From Acetofilamentum sp. (GTDB lineage: Bacteria > Bacteroidota > Bacteroidia > Bacteroidales > JAFGXI01): a DNA stretch of 36,003 bases. Shown here piece after piece: positions 27,348 through 33,980 of the stretch. Positions within the stretch are counted from its first letter, which is position 1, and each line of letters begins with the position of its first letter. The DNA is taken from NCBI GenBank assembly GCA_020720565.1, contig DYOK01000002.1, forward strand, positions 1-36,003, in the 5' to 3' direction. Both the position numbers and the translations under genes were made by a program. The notes under the pieces were generated by a model. That model did not search any database. It saw only the letters and a program-made list of their open reading frames with translations, and was not told where the DNA came from.

Positions 27348-27770
27348 ATGCCCATACAAATGAATTTTGAAAAGTTAATTTTTCGAATACAACAAACAAG
27401 TGACTATTTACAGCAAAGTGCTGTAAAAGCTGTAAACAGACATCTTACATTTAGAAATTGGATTACGGGTTTCTATATTGTGGAGTTTGAGCAGCATGGT
27501 AGCGATAGAGCTGAGTATGGTGCAAAATTGCTCGAGAATATTGCAAAAAATATTAATGCAAAAGGGCTTACCGCACCAGAATTGTCACGTTGCCGGCAAT
27601 TTTATTATACCTATCCGCAAATTCTTGGGTTGATAACCCAAGAATTTGTAAACGTGTTTCCCAACGATTTTTTACCAAAAAGTGACGAGAAATCAATTCT
27701 TGGGTCGGCAACCCAAAAAGTAGAAAACGAAGATTTAAAGCACATTTCAACCATTTTTCAAAACATTTGA
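27348..27770 (+). CDS. DUF1016 (YhcG) N-terminal domain protein lacking the nuclease domain; possible gene remnant
   Basis: 140 aa. ..AVNRHLTFRNWITGFYIVEFEQHGSDRAEYGAKLL...LSRCRQFYYTYPQI matches the N-terminal part of DUF1016/YhcG proteins. No LSWSHY or PD-(D/E)XK part follows. A TATCTTTG box lies at 27317-27324. Confidence 0.65.
   Translation: MPIQMNFEKLIFRIQQTSDYLQQSAVKAVNRHLTFRNWITGFYIVEFEQHGSDRAEYGAKLLENIAKNINAKGLTAPELSRCRQFYYTYPQILGLITQEFVNVFPNDFLPKSDEKSILGSATQKVENEDLKHISTIFQNI
27618..27648. repeat. Perfect 14-bp inverted repeat inside the DUF1016 ORF
   Basis: CAAATTCTTGGGTT-GAT-AACCCAAGAATTTG. A weaker related hairpin (TTGGGT-CGGCA-ACCCAA) lies at about 27700-27716. Confidence 0.85.
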
Positions 27771-27816
27771 CAGAACATCACAGGTGCAAACCGTTTAAAC
27801 TTAGATAGAAATCAGT

Positions 27817-27836
27817 AAATAGGTCGAAGACCTGAA
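27817..27836 (-). repeat. Copy of the palindromic motif upstream of a gene start
   Basis: The plus strand reads AAATAGGTCGAAGACCTGAA, ending about 13 nt before the S41 peptidase ATG. Confidence 0.65.
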
Positions 27837-27849
27837 ACATTTATAGAAT

Positions 27850-29439
27850 ATGAAAGCATTAACATTGCCCTTATTATTTTTGAGTCTGAACTTGAGCCTT
27901 ATAGCACAGACTTACGACGCACAAAGTGCCAAATTCAGTCGAATGCTTGGGCTAATTGATACATATTATGTCGATACAGTCGATAAACCTAAATTGGTGG
28001 AAGACGCCATTGTGGCGATGCTTCAAAAACTCGACCCACATTCGGTATATATTAGCAAAGACGAAGTGGCAGCCATGAACGAGCCATTACAAGGCAATTT
28101 CGAAGGTGTGGGCATTCAGTTTAACATCACAAACGATACCTTGATGGTGGTGCAAACCATTGCAGGAGGCCCGTCAGAAAAATTAGGGATTAGAGCCGGC
28201 GACCGCATTGTAATTATCGACAAAGACACAGTAGCTGGAGTTGGATTGCAAAACAGTCAAGTGGTTAAGAAATTAAGAGGAGCAAAAGGTACAAAAGTGA
28301 CTGTTTTTATCGTTCGACAAGGCGAAAAGCAATTGCTCGAATTTGAAATTATTCGCGATAAAATTCCAATTTATAGCCTCGATGCGGCTTACATTATTGC
28401 AGACCAAACCGCTTATATCAAACTCAACCGATTTGCGGCCACTACAATGGACGAATTTCGAAAAGCAGTCGATTCGCTTAAACGAACAGGATTCGAAAAT
28501 TTGATTCTTGACCTACGCGGTAATGGTGGGGGATACCTAAATACAGCCTTCGAATTGGCCGACGAATTTTTGGAATCGGGTCGATTGGTGGTTTATACCG
28601 AAGGCGTTCATCAAAGTAAAAAAGTTTACGAAGCTTCGTCGAGTGGCAATTTTGATAAAGGTCGTGTGATTGTTTTGGTCGACGAAGGTTCTGCTTCGGC
28701 AAGCGAAATTGTATCGGGTGCCATTCAAGATTGGGACAGAGGATTGGTAATTGGACGCAAAACCTTTGGCAAGGGCTTGGTACAGCAGCCATTTAATTTA
28801 ACCGATGGCTCAATGGTGCGTTTGACAGTAGCCCGATATTATACACCTTCGGGACGATGTATCCAAAAAAACTACGAAGATGGCCTCGAAGATTATGCCG
28901 CAGACATTGTAAAGCGATATAACAATGGCGAATTGACCAATGCCGACAGCATTCATTTTCCCGACTCGCTAAAATACAAAACCTTAGTGAACAAACGTAC
29001 CGTTTATGGTGGCGGTGGTATTATGCCCGATGTGTTTGTGCCACTCGATACCACAATTTATACCGACTATTACAAAGCCATGAGCCGTAAAGGCATCATT
29101 TATCAATATGTGGTCGAATATATCGATGCTCACAGAACCGAATTGAGCCAGAAGTACCCCGATTTTAATACGTTTAATCAGAATTTCGTGGTAGACACAA
29201 GCATGTATCAGGCCATTAAAAATAGAGCTGAAGCCAAAAAGATTAACCCAAAAGACGAGGCGGAATTTGAAAACACCAAGTCTGAAATGAGTTTGCTTAT
29301 TAAATCGTTATTGGCCCGCGATTTATGGAATACCAACGAGTTTTACATGGTGTTGAATTCAGCAGACGAGACCTTGAAACAGGCTGTGCAGATTGTTACC
29401 GATAAGAAAGCCTATCAAAATAGACTCAACTCGAAATAA
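27850..29439 (+). CDS. S41 family C-terminal processing peptidase
   Basis: 529 aa with a signal peptide, a PDZ-like segment (GGPSEKLGIRAGDRIVIID) and the LILDLRGNGGG and GSASASEI catalytic blocks. Confidence 0.9.
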   Translation: MKALTLPLLFLSLNLSLIAQTYDAQSAKFSRMLGLIDTYYVDTVDKPKLVEDAIVAMLQKLDPHSVYISKDEVAAMNEPLQGNFEGVGIQFNITNDTLMVVQTIAGGPSEKLGIRAGDRIVIIDKDTVAGVGLQNSQVVKKLRGAKGTKVTVFIVRQGEKQLLEFEIIRDKIPIYSLDAAYIIADQTAYIKLNRFAATTMDEFRKAVDSLKRTGFENLILDLRGNGGGYLNTAFELADEFLESGRLVVYTEGVHQSKKVYEASSSGNFDKGRVIVLVDEGSASASEIVSGAIQDWDRGLVIGRKTFGKGLVQQPFNLTDGSMVRLTVARYYTPSGRCIQKNYEDGLEDYAADIVKRYNNGELTNADSIHFPDSLKYKTLVNKRTVYGGGGIMPDVFVPLDTTIYTDYYKAMSRKGIIYQYVVEYIDAHRTELSQKYPDFNTFNQNFVVDTSMYQAIKNRAEAKKINPKDEAEFENTKSEMSLLIKSLLARDLWNTNEFYMVLNSADETLKQAVQIVTDKKAYQNRLNSK

Positions 29440-29557
29440 AGTGCATCGATTTTTTAACGAATTATAGTTAGGTAAATAAGAGTTAAGTGCTTGATAGTGA
29501 ATAAATATTCGATTTGATAAACCTATGAGCCAGTTTTGATAAAACTTACAAAATATA

Positions 29558-29577
29558 AATTTGGTCGAAGACCTTAA
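29558..29577 (-). repeat. Copy of the palindromic motif upstream of a gene start
   Basis: The plus strand reads AATTTGGTCGAAGACCTTAA, ending 25 nt before ATG 29603. It creates the spurious TTG start used by the ORF track. Confidence 0.65.
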
Positions 29578-29602
29578 ACCAATACCGATAAATATTTTTG
29601 AT

Positions 29603-30568
29603 ATGATTGTAATCACAGGAGCAGCGGGGTTTATTGCCTCAAATCTGATTGGGTTTTTAAATACTAAAGGATATTATGATTTGGTTTTGGTCGACGATTT
29701 TTCGAACGCCGAAAAGAATAAAAATTTCGAAGGTAAACGGTATTCACAAAAAGTTCACCGGCTCGAATTTTCGAATTGGCTCAATCAAAACCATCGTTTG
29801 GTACAGTTTGTATTTCATATTGGAGCCAAATCGGCAACCACGGGCTTCCCGAAATCGGTGTACGATGAGTTGAATCTCGAATACTCTAAAATGGTTTGGA
29901 GCCATTGTGTGCAGTTTGGACTGCCCTTGGTATACGCCTCGTCGGCTGCTACATACGGTATGGGCGAGCTGGGCTATTCCGACAGTCACGATGTGGTTTC
30001 GAAATTGCATCCATTGAACGATTATGGGGTCTCAAAAAACGATTTCGACAAGTGGGCACTCAGTCAAGAAAAAGCACCTTTTTTCTGGGCGGGGCTAAAA
30101 TATTTTAATGTTTATGGTCCAAACGAGTACCATAAAGGCAGAATGGCTTCGGTGGTGTATCATGCTTACAATCAGATAAAAGCCACTGGCAAAATGAAGC
30201 TTTTTAAAAGCCACCATCCCGATTTTAAAGACGGTGAACAGCAACGCGATTTTGTCTATGTCAACGATTTGTCGGAGATTATGACCTTTTTAATGACCCA
30301 AAGACCAAGTTCGGGTTTGTATAACATTGGTTCGGGTGTAGCGCGTACCTTTTTAGATTTGGTAAGCCAAACGTTTGTGTCGATGGGTTTAAAACCACAG
30401 ATCGAATTCGTAGATACCCCTATCGATATTCGAGATAAATACCAATATTTTACGCAAGCCGAAATGTCGAAATTGCAAAGTGTGGGCTATTCAAAACCAA
30501 TGTACGACCTTGAGACCGGTGTTGACGATTATGTGACAAATTACCTGCTGACACAATCTTATTTTTGA
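29603..30568 (+). CDS. ADP-glyceromanno-heptose 6-epimerase-like NAD-dependent epimerase
   Basis: Start reassigned to ATG 29603, giving MIVITGAAGFIASNL (Rossmann GxxGxxG). YGVSK catalytic motif and the ...GEQQRDFVYVNDL block resemble HldD/RfaD. Confidence 0.65.
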   Translation: MIVITGAAGFIASNLIGFLNTKGYYDLVLVDDFSNAEKNKNFEGKRYSQKVHRLEFSNWLNQNHRLVQFVFHIGAKSATTGFPKSVYDELNLEYSKMVWSHCVQFGLPLVYASSAATYGMGELGYSDSHDVVSKLHPLNDYGVSKNDFDKWALSQEKAPFFWAGLKYFNVYGPNEYHKGRMASVVYHAYNQIKATGKMKLFKSHHPDFKDGEQQRDFVYVNDLSEIMTFLMTQRPSSGLYNIGSGVARTFLDLVSQTFVSMGLKPQIEFVDTPIDIRDKYQYFTQAEMSKLQSVGYSKPMYDLETGVDDYVTNYLLTQSYF

Positions 30569-30639
30569 AATAGTTAGAATAATTTAATGTCGTATTTTAT
30601 TAAGTTAGAGTATTGGGAAATAGTAAGTTATTAAAAAAT

Positions 30640-30659
30640 AAACAGGTCGAAGACCTTAA
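30640..30659 (-). repeat. Consensus copy of the palindromic motif downstream of a gene 3' end
   Basis: The plus strand reads AAACAGGTCGAAGACCTTAA, 16 nt beyond the TGA stop of the oxidoreductase gene. On the minus strand it is followed by GTTTATTTTTT. Confidence 0.65.
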
Positions 30660-30674
30660 AGTTAAAGTATAGCG

Positions 30675-32285
30675 TCAGTCTACAACCGAAATGTCGGCTT
30701 TACCATCGATGTAGCGGCACATTTGTTCGAACAACGGTTTATTCTCTTTTTGTAAAAGCAACAGCGAAGCATTAAAAGCGGATTTAACGGCAATGGGCAC
30801 ACCACCACCTAATTCGGCCCAATGGCCACTGACCCAAAGATTTTCGATAGGCGTTTTATATTGAGCAATTTTAAGTTGCATGTTCTTTTTGCCAGGACGT
30901 GCACCCATAATGGTGCCGTTTTTATTGCCAGTATATCGCCAATATGTGATGGGGGTCGATACGTCGTAAAATAAAATATGAGAGCGAATGTCGATATTTA
31001 GGCTGGTTTCGACTCTTTTAATGAGTTGCTGGGCAAATTCTTCTTTATATTTTTTGTATCGTTCGCCTCGAATCAATTGGCCATGATTGTCGCGTTCGAT
31101 TTGCCAATAATCGTTGTACGAAATCTCGGCAGGTATATAAATGTTCAATGTGCCTTGATTTGTGGGCGACAAACTGGAATCGCGTTCCGATGGCGATATA
31201 ATACTGATGGCGCTCTTAAGTGGATCGCCTTTGCTATGTTCGCTTCGTGCAATGTCGTGGCGAGTAATCGACGTCAGCTCGTCAAAAATCCCGATATCTC
31301 GTGCGGGGCAATCGAGTGCAATCGACACAGTGGCACCTGAGTAGTATAGCTCGGCTTGTTGTAATTTCTCGACAAATAATCCGGTTTGCGTGCTCTGGGG
31401 GATCCATTCTCGATAAAGCGTTTCAAGGTCGACGGCCGAAATGACATATTTGGATTTGATGTACTTTTCTTCTCCGTTTTGAATGTATCGGACACCGGTA
31501 ACTTTCTGGTTTTCAGTTTCGATTTTGGACACTGTGGCTTTGAGCTCTATATCTCCTCCAAAGGCATCTGTTTTTTCTTTTAGCCATTTGGGGAACGACT
31601 GTCCACCGCCTTTTATCGGCATTTGATAGTCGTTGTTATAGGCCCATGCAATGGGAAATAAACACGATAGTAAATCAGTTTCAGACGAAAAAAGTTGGTG
31701 CAGCTTTTGGTCTTTAAAAAATAAATTTAATCCTTTTTTTACAGCTTTATCGCCCGAATACAATGCATAAGGTATCATTGGAATGATGGTTCTAAAGGTT
31801 TTTAGCCCTTTTCGCAAACGTTCTATGCCGCTCATCGATTCGGTTGTTCGCATGAGTGTAGAGAATCTTTTCGAAGCAATCCCAATTTTCTTTGCAACCC
31901 GAAAAAACTTTTCGATTCCTTTGCGTTCGTGAGGGAAGTTTTGGATGAGCTGTGCTTTGAGCTCGTCGGGATTATTGGTGAGTAAATAATCGAGGCCTTC
32001 ACTTTTGAAACGATGAATTTTCGACATCGATTCGACTTGGGGATAGTCCTCACCAATTAGCCTAAAAACTCTGGTCACCATGCCATCTGGGCCGCACTGA
32101 TTAAGCCAGTGAATGGAGGTGTCGAAGATAAATGCCCCTCGTTTGAAGCCTTGAAGATATCCGCCAATCACTGGCTGTTTTTCGAGCACCAAACAGCTTA
32201 GTCCATGCTTGCTCAGAAGGGCTGCACTGCTAAGTCCGCTAATTCCTGCACCAATTATTATGACATCGTATTCCGATTTTACCAT
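30675..32285 (-). CDS. FAD-dependent oxidoreductase of the phytoene desaturase (CrtI-like) family
   Basis: 536 aa. N-terminal YDVIIIGAGISGLSSAALLSKHGLSCLVLEKQPVIGG dinucleotide-binding fold and a C-terminal ...VSGHWAELGGGVP block. Confidence 0.7.
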   Translation of the reverse strand: MVKSEYDVIIIGAGISGLSSAALLSKHGLSCLVLEKQPVIGGYLQGFKRGAFIFDTSIHWLNQCGPDGMVTRVFRLIGEDYPQVESMSKIHRFKSEGLDYLLTNNPDELKAQLIQNFPHERKGIEKFFRVAKKIGIASKRFSTLMRTTESMSGIERLRKGLKTFRTIIPMIPYALYSGDKAVKKGLNLFFKDQKLHQLFSSETDLLSCLFPIAWAYNNDYQMPIKGGGQSFPKWLKEKTDAFGGDIELKATVSKIETENQKVTGVRYIQNGEEKYIKSKYVISAVDLETLYREWIPQSTQTGLFVEKLQQAELYYSGATVSIALDCPARDIGIFDELTSITRHDIARSEHSKGDPLKSAISIISPSERDSSLSPTNQGTLNIYIPAEISYNDYWQIERDNHGQLIRGERYKKYKEEFAQQLIKRVETSLNIDIRSHILFYDVSTPITYWRYTGNKNGTIMGARPGKKNMQLKIAQYKTPIENLWVSGHWAELGGGVPIAVKSAFNASLLLLQKENKPLFEQMCRYIDGKADISVVD

Positions 32286-32298
32286 GTTACAAAGGTAT

Positions 32299-32330
32299 AT
32301 AAAAAAGACCTCTTCGAATAGAAGAGGTCT
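32299..32330 (-). terminator. Rho-independent terminator abutting the next gene's -7 box
   Basis: Minus strand: AGACCTCTTC-TATTC-GAAGAGGTCT (10-bp stem) followed by TTTTTAT. A TACCTTTG box (32290-32297) follows immediately, with the ATG 4 nt later. Confidence 0.7.
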
Positions 32331-32558
32331 ACGTTCAAATAACTGCTATTTGTATTTTTCTTGAAATTCATAGGGCCTAATTAGACTGTGTCCAATCGAA
32401 GGCATGAAGGCTTTAGCTAATTTTTTAGACCGTTTGACACTATAGTCAGTAAGGGATTGAAGGCTTTTTTTTGGTTAACGCTAAAAATTGTAGCGATTAA
32501 AAACACTTTATGTACCACAGAAACCTTTATTGGGTATAATGAGTAATGTCTTGATTTT

Positions 32559-32867
32559 TTATGCTATTTCTAGTCCTGTCCTTTTAACTAAATCAATCAA
32601 TAGAGAATCCTTATTATTATTGAATCTCTTTTTGCCAACCAGATAAGGTTCTATTTTCGAATTTACTTTTCTGGTTAAACTCCAAATTTTTCCAGTCTGA
32701 TAATCATCTTCGGTTTCAGTTACAATCATTATATCAATGTCGCTATCTTCGGTAGCTGTGTTTGACAAATAGCTGCCATATAAATATGCTTTTTCAATGG
32801 TTATTCCCTCTGAGCGCAAAACAAAAATATATTTCTTCAATATTTCTACAATCTCTCTTTTAACCAT
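32559..32867 (-). CDS. Minimal nucleotidyltransferase (MNT) domain protein
   Basis: 102 aa. YLYGSY....EDSDIDIMIV is the GS-x(n)-DxD motif of the pol-beta NTase fold. Confidence 0.8.
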   Translation of the reverse strand: MVKREIVEILKKYIFVLRSEGITIEKAYLYGSYLSNTATEDSDIDIMIVTETEDDYQTGKIWSLTRKVNSKIEPYLVGKKRFNNNKDSLLIDLVKRTGLEIA

Positions 32868-33226
32868 TCTAATAAGGTTTTCGTTTTTTCTAAGTATTCA
32901 TTTACTTTTGAAATATTTGGCAGGTCAGGGTTATAATCAGGATATCGACCTTGCAGCTGATATTTCATTAAAACCCCCAAAAATATTTCTGTTTCAGGAT
33001 CAAATATCAAGGTTGTTTTTTCTGATAGGTAAATCAAGTTGTGAGACCTCGGGGCTACCTCACTGGAAGTTTTAACAACATGAGCTTTAATAATTTTCTC
33101 AATCACTAAATGGCAGAAAAACAAACCATGCAAAATTCGGTTTTCTCGAATTAGCAATTCAGCTGTCAAAAAATCATCTTCAGCCCCTTTAAGCCAGTAA
33201 TCAATTTGTTTTTTAATATCAATCAT
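32846..33226 (-). CDS. HEPN domain protein
   Basis: 126 aa. ..PRSHNLIYL.. and ..QGRYPDY.. resemble the classical HEPN family (R.H.L..L and RYP). It overlaps the MNT gene by 22 nt. Confidence 0.75.
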   Translation of the reverse strand: MIDIKKQIDYWLKGAEDDFLTAELLIRENRILHGLFFCHLVIEKIIKAHVVKTSSEVAPRSHNLIYLSEKTTLIFDPETEIFLGVLMKYQLQGRYPDYNPDLPNISKVNEYLEKTKTLLEWLKERL

Positions 33227-33440
33227 TTTTTGTCGTTGAAAATCTCAAAATTAACAAAAACAGTCATTGAACTGATTCAATTACACAATATTTTCATGAC
33301 TGCACTGCATTATTAAAATGCAAGCGACTTGTAACTGAAAGGAAGTCTTGACCTATAAAAATATTGGGCTATTAAGTAATGACGAAAATATATTGCTGCT
33401 ATTTATGTAAGTATTTAATAAATAGATAATTATTAAAATA

Positions 33441-33460
33441 TTTAGAGGTCGATGACTTTA
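33441..33460 (-). repeat. Diverged copy of the palindromic motif at a gene 3' end
   Basis: The plus strand reads TTTAGAGGTCGATGACTTTA. The TTA at 33458-33460 is the stop of the ferritin-like gene. Confidence 0.5.
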
Positions 33461-33913
33461 GTTTTCGTGGTAAATTATATCGTCGTACTCCAATTCGAAG
33501 TTGAGCTTATGTTTAGCTTCTTCGTTGGCTAGGTTACGGAAGATGGTTTTAAGTTCGTCGTTGGGTGCCATTTCCGAAAGTTTCATATACAACTTAAAAG
33601 CAGCTTTTTCGCGCTTCATGGCCAAAATTAGAGCCTCTTGATACGACATTTTATCAGATGTCGGGACGCTAATCAAATAGTCCGATATTTTCATATCCAA
33701 AACATCTTTTTGAGGAGCTTCGTAAACGCCTTCTGATTTAATTTTTTCTAAACGAGATTTATGTCCCATTTCTTCTTTGGCAAATTGGCCAAAAGTTTCG
33801 GCCATATATTTTATGGTAGCCTCTGATGATAAATGGTGATAAAAATCGGCAGCCTGTTGCTCATTTTGAATAGCAAAGTCCAGTATTTCGGTTACGTTGT
33901 TGAAATTTTTCAT
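33458..33913 (-). CDS. Ferritin-like / rubrerythrin-family diiron protein
   Basis: 151 aa. Paired E..A..FY / EE.GH and E..A...Y / EE..H helix motifs. Confidence 0.65.
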   Translation of the reverse strand: MKNFNNVTEILDFAIQNEQQAADFYHHLSSEATIKYMAETFGQFAKEEMGHKSRLEKIKSEGVYEAPQKDVLDMKISDYLISVPTSDKMSYQEALILAMKREKAAFKLYMKLSEMAPNDELKTIFRNLANEEAKHKLNFELEYDDIIYHEN

Positions 33914-33980
33914 ATATCTTAGAAATATTTTATGAAGTGAAGATAATCAAATGTTTTCAAATGTACTAATAAAGTATGGC

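Noticed and set aside
29561-29602. TTG start at 29561 for the epimerase ORF (MVEDLKPIPINIFD...)
   Set aside because: The TTG lies inside a copy of the GGTCGAAGACC palindromic motif. The ATG at 29603 gives the canonical Rossmann N-terminus MIVITGAAGF.
10629-32056. Remaining short ORF-track entries overlapping the following calls: lipoprotein, MFS, trmB, tsaD, S8, TerC, DUF4160, def, gmk, yicC, S41, epimerase and oxidoreductase genes
   Set aside because: They lie within or antisense to better-supported genes and carry no motifs. Examples are 24200-24484 spanning the def/TPR junction and 22285-22476 antisense to DUF4160.
32306-32330. Hairpin AGACCTCTTC/GAAGAGGTCT as a member of the GGTCTTCGACC motif family
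   Set aside because: It has a different sequence and a 10-bp stem with a clean T-tail. It is an ordinary intrinsic terminator that merely shares a few bases.
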